Source: an uncultured Alphaproteobacteria bacterium
GTDB taxonomy: Bacteria; Pseudomonadota; Alphaproteobacteria; Rhodobacterales; Rhodobacteraceae
DNA length: 64,000 bases
Assembly (NCBI GenBank): GCA_902562285.1
Contig: CACESU010000002.1
Location: 74,283 to 138,282 of the forward strand
Direction: 5' to 3'
The translations under genes were made by a program, and so were the position numbers. Position 1 is the first letter of the stretch; each line of letters starts with the position of its first letter. Of this stretch, positions 10,164 through 20,180 are shown piece after piece. The notes under the pieces were generated by a model. It saw only the letters and a program-made list of their open reading frames with translations. It ran no database searches and was not told where the DNA came from.

Positions 10164-10520
10164 ATGGGGAAAGTAATGCTTAAAGGTTTAGGTCAATTAG
10201 GAGATATGGCCAAGTTAATGAAACAAGCTCAAGATATGCAGTCAAAAATGTCTGATATTCAGAAACAATTGGAAGAGCTAAATGTAGAAGGGGAGTCTGG
10301 GGGAGGTCTGATAAAAGCTACTGTAAATGCTAAAGGAACCCTAAAGAGTTTAAATATTGATGAAAGTTTATTTAATCCTTCTGAAAAAGCTGTAGTTGAA
10401 GATCTTATTGTTGCAGCTATTAGAGATGCTCAACAAAAGTCAGGTGATAGAGCTAAAGAAGAGATGGCAAAAGTCACTTCCGATTTAAATTTGCCTGCTG
10501 GTTTTAAGTTTCCATTTTAA
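10164..10520 (+). CDS. ybaB: Nucleoid-associated protein YbaB/EbfC
   Basis: About 115 aa with the typical MAKLMKQAQDMQSKM...GGGLIKATVNAKG pattern, in the conserved dnaX-ybaB-recR order. The start could be an internal Met. Confidence 0.9.
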   Translation: MGKVMLKGLGQLGDMAKLMKQAQDMQSKMSDIQKQLEELNVEGESGGGLIKATVNAKGTLKSLNIDESLFNPSEKAVVEDLIVAAIRDAQQKSGDRAKEEMAKVTSDLNLPAGFKFPF

Positions 10521-10543
10521 TAAATTGGTTTTTTTATAAAATT

Positions 10544-11155
10544 ATGAAATTTAATAATCATAATAGTGAAAATGAGGTTGAAACATTAATAGCAATTATG
10601 GCAAAGTTACCAGGATTAGGTCCTAGGTCAGCAAGAAGAGCAGTTATCAGAATGTTAGAGAAAAAAGAAATTATTCTAGAACCTCTAGCTAAAATATTAA
10701 ATTTAGTAACTGAGAAAATCAAAAATTGTAATCAATGTGGTAATTTTTCTGTAGATTCTGTTTGTACAATTTGTTCAGATAATTCTCGAAATAAAAAGCT
10801 CATTTGTATTGTACAAGATGTAGCAGATTTGTGGGCGATGGAAAGGTCTCAGGTTTTTGATGGAGTATACCATGTTTTAGGGAACTACTCATCTTCTTAC
10901 ATAGGTATAAATCTTGGGGAATTAGAGATTGAAAAAATTTCTAATAGAATTGAAAAAAATAGTGTAAAGGAAATTATTTTAGCCCTAGATGCAACTATAA
11001 ATGGACAAACTACTGCTAATTACATAATAGAAAAACTTAAAAGTACTCCAGTAAATTTTTCTTCATTAGCACATGGAGTACCTGTTGGAGGGGAATTAGA
11101 TTATTTAGATGATGGAACGATTCGCGCCGCTTTTAGTGCTCGTAAGCCTATTTAG
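10544..11155 (+). CDS. recR: Recombination protein RecR
   Basis: Has a helix-hairpin-helix (LPGLGPRSARR), a C4 zinc finger (CNQCGN...CTIC) and a Toprim domain. Confidence 0.95.
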   Translation: MKFNNHNSENEVETLIAIMAKLPGLGPRSARRAVIRMLEKKEIILEPLAKILNLVTEKIKNCNQCGNFSVDSVCTICSDNSRNKKLICIVQDVADLWAMERSQVFDGVYHVLGNYSSSYIGINLGELEIEKISNRIEKNSVKEIILALDATINGQTTANYIIEKLKSTPVNFSSLAHGVPVGGELDYLDDGTIRAAFSARKPI

Positions 11156-11327
11156 TACCAAAAATCATTTAGAAATCTTAAAATTTTTCGACATATTTTT
11201 TAATTTTTTAATGGAATAAATGAAAAATTAGAAAAAAAACTATTTTTTTTATTATTTTAAATGTTTTTAATTGCTTGAATAAAAAAAAAATGTCATAAGC
11301 AAGCCTTGTGATTAATTGGAGGATAAT

Positions 11328-11633
11328 ATGTTTTCAAGTCTTGATACTACTGTAAATAAAAGTGATCAAGGGGGTAGAGCTCAAAGATTATTTGCCGCTG
11401 TGGTTTTAGCAGCTTTGGACGATGCTATTGCTGATGATAAAAAATACGGCAATGGTGCTGAGCAAATCGCAAGATGGGCTAGGTCTAGAGATGGTAGAGA
11501 AGTACTAATGTGTGCAGGTATTGACCCAAACGAGAGATGTGTAAAAGGAATGATTGAGTTTGTTAAGAAAGGTATAAGAACCTCAGTTGCGTTATCAAGA
11601 GAAGAAAGTGATAGACAAGCAGAAGCAGCATAA
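11328..11633 (+). CDS. Small hypothetical protein, family not recognised
   Basis: The ATG at 11328 is preceded by GGAGGA, which overlaps the TTG at 11316 that the ORF track uses as the start. The composition is visibly less AT-rich than the flanks. About 170 nt of A/T-rich upstream region suggests its own promoter. Confidence 0.55.
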   Translation: MFSSLDTTVNKSDQGGRAQRLFAAVVLAALDDAIADDKKYGNGAEQIARWARSRDGREVLMCAGIDPNERCVKGMIEFVKKGIRTSVALSREESDRQAEAA

Positions 11634-11681
11634 AACATTAGATTTTCCTATTTTGTTTTTCTATAAAACTGGAAAATTTAG

Positions 11682-13298
11682 ATGAAAAAATTTGATAATG
11701 AACTAACAAAAAATAGTGCTAATTATACTCCATTAAACCCCATAACATTTTTAAAAAAAGTTGCTTTTAACTTTCCAAATAGAAAATCTATAGTTTACAA
11801 TAATAGGTCTTACAATTGGATTGATACATACCATAGGTGCAAAAAATTTGCATCAGCCTTACACTTATGTGGATATGAAAAAGGCGATATTATTGGTTTT
11901 TTGGCGATGAATACTCCTGAGTTATATGAGGCTCATTACAGTGTTCCTATGGCTGGTATGATTTTAAATGCCATGAACTATAGATTAGATTATAAAACAA
12001 TAGCTTATATAATTGATCATTCTGAACTTAAATTGCTTTTTGTAGATTTAGAATTTTTAGAAGTTGCAAAAAAAGCTGTTTTCATAAGTCAAAAAAAACC
12101 AGAAATTATGATTATAGAAGATGAAACTGAAGGACTAAATAATACCTCGAATTTTATAAGCTATGAAGATTTTTTATCAAAAGGAAATACTAATTTTGAA
12201 GAAGTTTCTTTAGAGGATGAGTGGAATACAATAGCTATAAATTATACTTCTGGTACTACAGGAAATCCTAAAGGTGTTCTTACTCATTACAGAGGAGCTT
12301 ACTTGAACGCGCTTGGTAACATAGTAGAGTGGAATATGGAAAGTCATCCAGTATATCTCTGGACGCTACCAATGTTTCATTGTAATGGTTGGTGTTTCCC
12401 ATGGACTATAGCCGCAAAAGCAGGTACTAACATTTGCTTAAGAAAAGTCTCTTCTGAGGCTATGTATTCCGCTATCGCTAAACATAGTGTGAATTATTTA
12501 TGCGGTGCACCTATTGTTTTAGGTATGCTTGTCGATTCTAGCATTCGAGAAAAAATAAAATTTAATCATTTATGTAAAGTTATGACAGCGGCAGCACCAC
12601 CTCCAGCAGCAGTTTTACAGTCAATGCAGGAAATTGGCTTTGAAGTTACCCATGTTTATGGATTAACAGAAGTATATGGTCCTTGTGTAGTATGTGCTTG
12701 GGATCCTGAGTGGAATAATTTATCTTTGGAAAAACAGGCAGATATAAAATCACGTCAAGGAGTTGCTTATATTGTTCAAGAAGGAATTAGAGTCGTAAAT
12801 CCAAAAGATTTTTTAGATGTCCCAAAAGATGGTGAGACAATTGGTGAAGTATTGCTGAGGGGTAACATTACTATGAAAGGTTATTTAAAAAATATTAAGG
12901 CAACTGAAGAAGCATTTTCAGGAGGATGGTTTCATACTGGAGATCTAGGTGTTATGTATGAAAATGGATATGTTCAATTAAAAGATAGGTCTAAAGACAT
13001 CATAATATCTGGTGGAGAAAATATTTCATCTATTGAAATCGAAAATTGTATATACGATTTAGATTCGGTCTTATCATGTGGTGTAGTAGCAATGAAAGAT
13101 GAAAAATGGGGAGAAGTTCCCTGTGTTTTTATAGAACTTAAACCAGAGGCAAAGCTGTCTAAGCAGCAAATAATTAAACATTGCCGATCAAATTTAGCTA
13201 GCTTTAAAATACCAAAAGAAGTAATATTTTGCACAATTCCGAAAACCTCTACAGGTAAAATTCAAAAATTTGAATTAAGAAAATTAACACCACGCTAA
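11682..13298 (+). CDS. AMP-forming acyl-CoA synthetase (medium-chain, plant AAE-like class)
   Basis: Has YTSGTTGNPKGV, LPMFHCNGWCF, GWFHTGD and a C-terminal GKIQK. Confidence 0.85.
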   Translation: MKKFDNELTKNSANYTPLNPITFLKKVAFNFPNRKSIVYNNRSYNWIDTYHRCKKFASALHLCGYEKGDIIGFLAMNTPELYEAHYSVPMAGMILNAMNYRLDYKTIAYIIDHSELKLLFVDLEFLEVAKKAVFISQKKPEIMIIEDETEGLNNTSNFISYEDFLSKGNTNFEEVSLEDEWNTIAINYTSGTTGNPKGVLTHYRGAYLNALGNIVEWNMESHPVYLWTLPMFHCNGWCFPWTIAAKAGTNICLRKVSSEAMYSAIAKHSVNYLCGAPIVLGMLVDSSIREKIKFNHLCKVMTAAAPPPAAVLQSMQEIGFEVTHVYGLTEVYGPCVVCAWDPEWNNLSLEKQADIKSRQGVAYIVQEGIRVVNPKDFLDVPKDGETIGEVLLRGNITMKGYLKNIKATEEAFSGGWFHTGDLGVMYENGYVQLKDRSKDIIISGGENISSIEIENCIYDLDSVLSCGVVAMKDEKWGEVPCVFIELKPEAKLSKQQIIKHCRSNLASFKIPKEVIFCTIPKTSTGKIQKFELRKLTPR

Positions 13299-13380
13299 AC
13301 AAAGACTTTTGCGTTAAAGCCTTTTAGCATAACTATGTAATATTTTCCTTTGAAAAAGCGTTTTATAGAGATATGGAAAT

Positions 13381-14722
13381 ATGTGTATGTCAAAATCAGA
13401 ATTAGAATTAAAGTGGATTTCAGAGTTAGGAAAAAATCCTCCTATCATTGCAGCATCTTGTGATTTAAATGGTATATGGCGGGGAAAAAGAGTACCTTTA
13501 GCTAATTTAGAAAAAGTTTTAGATGAGGGTATTAGGATTCCTTTATCAGCCTCATGTTTAGATATTTGGGGATCAGATTTAATAAATAGCCCCTTTCTTT
13601 TTGAATCTGGTGACGCTGATGGATATGGATTACCTACTGGAATTGGTCCATTTCCTTTTTTTTCTAATAAAAAAGATTCTGTCCTAATACCACTTTGGTT
13701 ATTTGATAATAAAAAAAAATATTTCGCCTATAGATCCTAGACATATTCTTAATTCAGTATGTAAAAAATATGATGATTTAAATCTTTATCCTGTTATAGC
13801 TTTTGAATTAGAATTTTATTTGCTAAATGAAAATAATTTTAAAAATATAAAATTTGAACAGAATGATTTTACAAATGTGCTTTCAATTACAGATATTGAA
13901 GACCATGAAGTATTTTTTGACGAACTTCATGATTTGTGTGAAAAAAATAAAATACCCATGGATGGAATATCGTCTGAAAATGCTCCTAATCAGTTTGAGA
14001 TAAATCTTAAACATACTTCTGATCCTTTAAAAGCAGCAGATCAAACAATTCTTTTCAAAAGATTTATAAAAGGAATTGCCAAAAAACATGAAAAAAGAGC
14101 TACATTTATGGCAAAACCTTTTCCAAATATTGCTGGAAGTGGGATGCACATTCATTTTAGTTTATTAGACAAATACAACAATAATGTCTTTAATAATAAT
14201 TCTGACATTGGTTCTGATATTCTAAAAAATGCAGTTGGAGGGATACTTGATAGCCTTAAAGACTCGACACTGATCCTTGCCCCTCATTATAACTCTTACA
14301 AACGTCTTCGTCCTGGAAGTCATGCACCTATAAATATTTGTTGGGGTTATGAAAATAGAACTGCTTCAATCAGGATACCTGGTGGAGATTACTTGTCGAA
14401 AAGAATAGAACATAGAGTTGCTGGTGCGGATGCAAATCCTTATTTAGTATTGTCTTCAGTTCTTTCTTCTGCACTTTATGGAATTACAGAAAAAAAAGAA
14501 CCACCCAAACCATTGATTGGAGATACTTACCAGAAAAAAACAATGCAAATAGCCCAAAGCTGGGATCAAGCCATAAATGATTTTGAAAATTCGAAAAAAA
14601 ATAAAAAATTTTATTTTGATACTTTTTGTGAGGTATTTAAGAATTGTAAAAAACAGGAATTAGAAGTGTTTAATTCTAGAATTGAAAATTACGAATTAGT
14701 AACATATTTGGAAGAAATTTAG
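13381..14722 (+). pseudogene. Glutamine synthetase-like (gamma-glutamyl-amine ligase type) gene, split by a +1 frame change inside an A9 run
   Basis: The ORF 13381-13740 encodes the N-terminal beta-grasp part. The ORF 13703-14722 encodes the catalytic part (FELEFYL, NQFEINL, FMAKPFPNIAGSGMHIHFS, NSYKRL, NRTASIRIP, RIEHRV). The two frames join if one A of 13711-13719 is removed. Confidence 0.7.
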
Positions 14723-15999
14723 TCACTTAAGTCGGAAATGATTTCATTAGCAGCATTAACTCCAGAAATATATGCACCGTGACAAGTACCATAATAACTC
14801 TTTATGGTAGCTTCTCCTGCAAAGTATACTTTTTTTTCTAATGATTTTTTTAATAATTCTCTTTCTGAACTATGTCCTGGTAAAGCAAAAGAATAAGAAC
14901 CTTTAGTAAAAGGATCTTTCCCCCAACTTGTATGAATTATTTCTTTAATATTATTTCCTATAAGATTTCCAAATTGGTTTTTTATAAATGAAGTAATTAT
15001 TTTATAATATTTATCTGGAAAATTTTCGACATCTAATCCCTTTTCACCTCCGAAAAAGAATATCATATGTTCCTTTTCTCTTTTTCGTATTTCAAAACTA
15101 ATTATTTGAGATTTATCATTATCATTTGTATCTGTTAATGCTACATACCAACCTATATCATTTTCTTTAAAAGTCCCTCGTTTAAAAAGAACACCAATTT
15201 TATTTAAAATTCCCATTGGCAAATTATGGATTGCTTGTATTTTATCATTTGGTAGTTGAGGTATAAAAGTTATGTCTTCATTTTGTAAAATTCCGTTAGA
15301 GACAGTTAATAGTACTGATTTACAAATATATTTTTTTGATTGTGTATATATTTCAATATAATCCTTTTCCCAATTTATTTGGGTAACTGGAGTATTTAAA
15401 ATTGAATTTATACCTTTTGCCCATTTATCAATTAGGTTAGCTAGTCCACTCTCTATAATAAAATCTTTACCATCATTAACTGACGCAAAATCAACAGCAG
15501 AAACTAGGTTGGCTTCAATACCATTTAGACCAGTTAAATAATCAAATAGGATAGGGTAATAAGGGTCACATATATTCAAACAAGAAGAAAGAGAACTATC
15601 CTCAACTTTATATTTATAAAAGTTTAACTTTTTTAAAAATTTATCATGAGATTTTTTTAAAAGATGATTTTTTTTTGATAGAAATGGCTTATTTCTTCTA
15701 AGATATTTTGTTTTTTCAATAGAAAAAATATCACCATTTTCATAGTTAATTGGTACTTTTAGACTTTCGGCTATAGATGTAAGAGGATTAATTTCTCCTT
15801 CATGCAAATAAGAACATCCCAGATCAAACCAACTACCGAAGGATTTTTTAGCTTTTCTTGCTCTTCCACCTAATTGGTTATTAGCTTCAATTACTATGTT
15901 TGATATATTATTCTTATCTAATATTTTTGCTGCAGATATGCCAGCAATTCCAGCACCAACAACTATAACTTCACAATTAAATATTTTATTATTTGACAA
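14719..15999 (-). CDS. Flavin-containing amine oxidase (polyamine/putrescine oxidase-like)
   Basis: Has the N-terminal FAD fold VIVVGAGIAGISAA...E and the C-terminal VYFAGEAT...GAYISG motif. Its stop overlaps the convergent GS-like gene by 4 nt. Confidence 0.8.
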   Translation of the reverse strand: MSNNKIFNCEVIVVGAGIAGISAAKILDKNNISNIVIEANNQLGGRARKAKKSFGSWFDLGCSYLHEGEINPLTSIAESLKVPINYENGDIFSIEKTKYLRRNKPFLSKKNHLLKKSHDKFLKKLNFYKYKVEDSSLSSCLNICDPYYPILFDYLTGLNGIEANLVSAVDFASVNDGKDFIIESGLANLIDKWAKGINSILNTPVTQINWEKDYIEIYTQSKKYICKSVLLTVSNGILQNEDITFIPQLPNDKIQAIHNLPMGILNKIGVLFKRGTFKENDIGWYVALTDTNDNDKSQIISFEIRKREKEHMIFFFGGEKGLDVENFPDKYYKIITSFIKNQFGNLIGNNIKEIIHTSWGKDPFTKGSYSFALPGHSSERELLKKSLEKKVYFAGEATIKSYYGTCHGAYISGVNAANEIISDLSD

Positions 16000-16134
16000 A
16001 AAATAGCTTTCAATTGATTAAGACAAAATTTAATATAATTTATTATTCAGTTTTATACACTTAAATAAGTTAATTTATGAAGGTAGGTAAAATTTTTATT
16101 AATATTTCTCAAAATTAAAATTAAGGAAAAACTC

Positions 16135-17325
16135 TTGAAAAATAATAGTTGGCAAAGAAATGGCTTACCTGGTTGGACTTATCAATCGGATGCTTTATTT
16201 CAATTAGAAGCAGAAGAATTATTTAGAAAACATTGGCAATTTGTTTGTCATATTAGTGAATTAAATGAAGTAGGTTCATATAAAACAATAGATATTGTTA
16301 ATGAAAGAGGATTTGTTATCAAATGTGAAAAAAATGAAATAAGAGCTTTTCATAATTTATGTATGCACAGAGGTTCTAGAGTAATTGCTGATAAAGAAGG
16401 GATATGTAAAAGAGCTATTGTTTGCCCATTTCACGGGTGGTCCTATAATTTTGATGGTTCTGTTAGGGGAGTTCCAAATAAAGATTCTTTTGGTGACACT
16501 GATTTTTCAGAAATGGGTTTAAGACACTTAGAAATTGAAATATGGCATGGACTTATCTTTGTAAGATTTAAGAAAAGTAATCAAAAAAATATTGCTGAAA
16601 TTTTAAAAAGATTCGATAGCGAAATTAGTCATTACAAAATGGAAAATATGGAGCCTGTTGATGGAAGTAATTGGACTGATATTTTAGATGCTAATTGGAA
16701 ATCAGTCAGAGATGTTGATAATGAAGGATATCATGTCAGGCAAGCACACCCTTCTTTGTTTGATTTATATGGACAAGATTACAACGATGAACCTTTTTTC
16801 GAAGGAACATCAAGATCAGTAGGTACTTTTAATACCAAACCTTCCAAAAAATGGAGTGTAAAAAGATATCGTAATATTGTAGAAAATAATAATTGGTTAA
16901 AATTACCCAAACTTCAAAGTAGATCTTGGATATATTTTGGTATGTTTCCAAATTTTGTTTTAGGCTTATATCCAGAATGTATCATTTATTATTATGAATA
17001 TCCTTTAAGTAGTACTAAAACAATACAAACTGGTGGGGTTTTAAAGCATAGAGGAGAAAGCAGAGAAAAAAAAATAGCGAGGTATTTGAGTGGCCGTATA
17101 GATAGGGATACGGCGAAAGAGGATCAAATGCTTGTAAAGTGGTCCACTGAAGCAGTAAAATCGTCGGCTTTCAATGGTTTTTGCTTATCTGATTTAGAAT
17201 ACGGTGTAAAAACGTACCATGATCATTTGAGAAAAATAATTCCTGTAGTGAACTTAAATTCTGAACCAATTGATTATTCACTGAATGAATTTAATAATCA
17301 GCTCTTGGCTGAAAAGAAAAATTAA
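16135..17325 (+). CDS. Rieske [2Fe-2S] non-heme iron oxygenase, alpha subunit-like
   Basis: Has the Rieske motif CMHRGSRV...CPFHGWSY and mononuclear iron ligands in NEGYHVRQAHP. It starts at TTG after AAGGAAAA. No reductase or ferredoxin gene is adjacent. Confidence 0.8.
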   Translation: MKNNSWQRNGLPGWTYQSDALFQLEAEELFRKHWQFVCHISELNEVGSYKTIDIVNERGFVIKCEKNEIRAFHNLCMHRGSRVIADKEGICKRAIVCPFHGWSYNFDGSVRGVPNKDSFGDTDFSEMGLRHLEIEIWHGLIFVRFKKSNQKNIAEILKRFDSEISHYKMENMEPVDGSNWTDILDANWKSVRDVDNEGYHVRQAHPSLFDLYGQDYNDEPFFEGTSRSVGTFNTKPSKKWSVKRYRNIVENNNWLKLPKLQSRSWIYFGMFPNFVLGLYPECIIYYYEYPLSSTKTIQTGGVLKHRGESREKKIARYLSGRIDRDTAKEDQMLVKWSTEAVKSSAFNGFCLSDLEYGVKTYHDHLRKIIPVVNLNSEPIDYSLNEFNNQLLAEKKN

Positions 17326-17366
17326 TCTGAAACCAACGGTTATATATAGATTTGAATAGATAAATT

Positions 17367-18224
17367 ATGTACATTTCTGAACAAAATAAAAGAGGTTGGA
17401 GATTACTGGGGGTACCATTTATATTTGCAATTTTTTTACTGGCGGTTCCTATTGCAACGATGACTGCTTTAAGCTTCTGGACTCAGGACTATCTGACACT
17501 AATCAAAACAATAACTTTTGAAAATTATAAACAAGCTTGGTTTCAGCCTGTGTTTCAGACATTATTTGCTAGATCTTTATTAATTTCTATAACAGTTACT
17601 TTTTTTACAATTTTATTTGCATTTCCTATTGCTTATTATATTTCTTTTTATGGAGGGAAGAGAAAGGCCTTATGGTTATTTCTTATAACTATACCTTTTT
17701 GGACTAGCTATCTATTACGTATGTTTTTATGGAAGGTAATCTTAGGATATAATGGAGTTTTAAATTCTTTTTTTGAGTGGCTAGGAGTAATTACTGAGCC
17801 TTTAACATTTCTATTATATAATTCTAATGCGGTTGTATTAGCGCTAGTTCATGGTTGGGCACCTTTCGCAATATTACCAATTTTTGTATCTTTAGAGAAA
17901 ATTGATAGATCTTTATTAGAAGCATCTAATGATTTGGGTGATAATTCTTTCAACCAGTTCTTTAGGATTATCTTACCATTATCAATGCCAGGAGTAATAG
18001 GGGCTGTTTTGATAATATTTATTCCTTGTATAGGAGATTACATAACTCCAAAATTAGTAGGTGGTCCTGAAGGTCTAATGATAGCCAACATGATACAGGT
18101 ACAATTTTCTAAAGCTAACAATGCCCCACTTGCGGCAGCACTGTCTGTTACTTCTTTATTGATTGTTGGTATAATTGCGTTGGCTTTTGTTTTTTTAAAT
18201 AGAAAATACTTAAAAAATTATTAA
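17367..18224 (+). CDS. PotB/PotH-type polyamine ABC transporter permease
   Basis: 285 aa, 6 TM, with EAS/EAA loop LEASNDLGDNSFNQFFRIILP. It resembles E. coli PotB throughout. Confidence 0.85.
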   Translation: MYISEQNKRGWRLLGVPFIFAIFLLAVPIATMTALSFWTQDYLTLIKTITFENYKQAWFQPVFQTLFARSLLISITVTFFTILFAFPIAYYISFYGGKRKALWLFLITIPFWTSYLLRMFLWKVILGYNGVLNSFFEWLGVITEPLTFLLYNSNAVVLALVHGWAPFAILPIFVSLEKIDRSLLEASNDLGDNSFNQFFRIILPLSMPGVIGAVLIIFIPCIGDYITPKLVGGPEGLMIANMIQVQFSKANNAPLAAALSVTSLLIVGIIALAFVFLNRKYLKNY

Positions 18225-18225
18225 A

Positions 18226-19014
18226 ATGAAAAAGTCTAATAAAATATTTAAATCAATAGTAATATTATTTCTTACCTTTTTATATGCCCCCGCACTTTTG
18301 TTGCCAATTTTTTCTTTTAACAATAGTAAGGTTATAGCTTTTCCTTTAACAGGTTTTTCTACGATTTGGTTCGAAGAGCTTTTTTATGAAAATACCTTAC
18401 ATAACGCTTTATTAAATTCTTTAGTGATTGCGATATCGTCAACAATTTTAGCTACTATTCTAGGTACTTTAGTTGCTAGAGCTTCAACAAGATATATTTT
18501 TTATGGTAAGAAAATTTCCATCACATTTATACTTGTGCCTTTAATTTTACCAGAAATCATTCTAGGAGTTTGTCTTTTAACAGTACTAATTCAATTGGGG
18601 CTGGAATTGAATTTGTGGAGTGTAGTACTCGGACATACTTTATTAATAACTCCATTTTCAACTTTAATAATGGTATCAGCTTTTAATAATCTTGATATAA
18701 GTTTAGAAGAAGCATCTCTAGATCTTGGGATGTCATCGCTTCAAACATTTCGGATAATTATTTTACCTATGGTTTCACCTGGTTTGATTTCTAGTCTACT
18801 AATTGGGTTTGTAATTTCATTAGACGAATTTATAATTGCTTTTTTTCTTACTGGTGTTGAACCAACATTACCTGTATATATATGGTCTCAATTTAGGTTC
18901 CCAGCAAAATTACCAAGTACAATGGCATTAGGTACAATACTTTTAATTGTTTCTCTTATTTTAGTTTCTTTATTTGAATACTTTAGAAGAAAAATGGAAT
19001 TATACAATAATTAA
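18226..19014 (+). CDS. PotC/PotI-type polyamine ABC transporter permease
   Basis: 262 aa, multi-TM, with EAA loop EEASLDLGMSSLQTFRIIILP. It starts 1 nt after the upstream stop. Confidence 0.85.
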   Translation: MKKSNKIFKSIVILFLTFLYAPALLLPIFSFNNSKVIAFPLTGFSTIWFEELFYENTLHNALLNSLVIAISSTILATILGTLVARASTRYIFYGKKISITFILVPLILPEIILGVCLLTVLIQLGLELNLWSVVLGHTLLITPFSTLIMVSAFNNLDISLEEASLDLGMSSLQTFRIIILPMVSPGLISSLLIGFVISLDEFIIAFFLTGVEPTLPVYIWSQFRFPAKLPSTMALGTILLIVSLILVSLFEYFRRKMELYNN

Positions 19015-19034
19015 GGGGTGGAGTTGGATCAAAA

Positions 19035-20147
19035 ATGATCAAAAAAAATAGTATTAATAAAGAAAAGATAGTTGATCTTATATCTATAGAAAAATCTTTT
19101 GATCAAGTTAAAGCTGTCAATAATGTGTGTTTAGGAATAAATGAGGGTGAATTTTTTTCACTATTAGGCCCATCTGGGTGTGGTAAAACAACACTTTTAA
19201 GAATAATTGCAGGTTTTGAAAAACCTGAAAATGGTGATGTTTTTATTAATGGAAAAAATGTTAATTTTGTTGCTCCAAATAATAGACCTACAAATATGGT
19301 TTTCCAAAATTATGCAATTTTCCCTCATTTAAATGTATCTGAAAATGTTGGATATGGACTAAGAAATACAAATTTTAGTAAGGATCAAATATTAAAAAAA
19401 ATAGATGGCGCGTTAGAGTTAGTAGGTCTCAAAGGATATAATAAGAGGGCATCATCAGCTTTATCAGGTGGGCAAAGACAGAGAGTAGCGCTTGCACGTG
19501 CGTTGATTTTAAAACCTAGAGTACTACTTCTTGATGAACCACTCTCTGCATTAGATAAGAATTTAAGGGAGCAAATGCAATTTGAATTAAGGCAGCTTCA
19601 AAAATCAGTAGGTATAACATTTATTTTGGTAACTCATGATCAAACAGAAGCACTTACAATGAGTGATAGAGTAGGTGTTATGTTTAATGGAAAAGTAGAT
19701 CAAGTTGCAACTCCTGAACAGATTTATAATAAACCAAAAACAAAAATGGTTGCAGCTTTTATAGGAAATATGAATTTTTTTGAAACTGAATGTAAAGGTG
19801 AAAACTCTAAAACGATTACTGTTTTCCATAAAGATCTGGGCAATTTTAAACTCTTTAAAAATAACATTTTTGGAAGAAAGAACCCTAAATTAACAGTTGG
19901 AATAAGACCAGAAAACCTTAAAATTAATTCCAAGAATTTAAAAAGGCAGTCAAAGTCATTTACTGCAAAAATAGTCGAGAAATCTTTTATGGGTGATACA
20001 ATACTATTCAGTATTAATTTGAGTGGAAATAATAATAATACTTATATTTCAGTATCAGATATAAAGAATTCACCTAATCCTAATATCGGAGATGAAATAT
20101 TAGTTACATTTGAAGAAGAAGATGTAGTCGCCTATTATAAGGAATAG
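19035..20147 (+). CDS. PotA-type ABC transporter ATPase
   Basis: Has Walker A GPSGCGKTT, signature LSGGQRQRVALARA and Walker B LLLDEPLSALD, plus a C-terminal TOBE-like domain. Confidence 0.9.
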   Translation: MIKKNSINKEKIVDLISIEKSFDQVKAVNNVCLGINEGEFFSLLGPSGCGKTTLLRIIAGFEKPENGDVFINGKNVNFVAPNNRPTNMVFQNYAIFPHLNVSENVGYGLRNTNFSKDQILKKIDGALELVGLKGYNKRASSALSGGQRQRVALARALILKPRVLLLDEPLSALDKNLREQMQFELRQLQKSVGITFILVTHDQTEALTMSDRVGVMFNGKVDQVATPEQIYNKPKTKMVAAFIGNMNFFETECKGENSKTITVFHKDLGNFKLFKNNIFGRKNPKLTVGIRPENLKINSKNLKRQSKSFTAKIVEKSFMGDTILFSINLSGNNNNTYISVSDIKNSPNPNIGDEILVTFEEEDVVAYYKE

Positions 20148-20169
20148 GTGAATAATCATCACCTATTCC
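20141..20169. terminator. Bidirectional intrinsic terminator hairpin between convergent genes
   Basis: A perfect 11-bp stem, GGAATAGGTGA (20141-20151) paired with TCACCTATTCC (20159-20169), encloses a 7-nt loop. T-rich sequence flanks it in both directions, and it overlaps the ATPase stop codon. Confidence 0.7.
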
Positions 20170-20180
20170 TTATTAAGGGT

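Noticed and set aside
13703-14722. Treating the TTG at 13703 as the genuine start of an independent, shorter GS-like protein
   Set aside because: The upstream ORF in the adjacent frame encodes the matching N-terminal domain and ends within the 38-nt overlap. The two join seamlessly at the A9 run, so this is one interrupted gene, not two genes.
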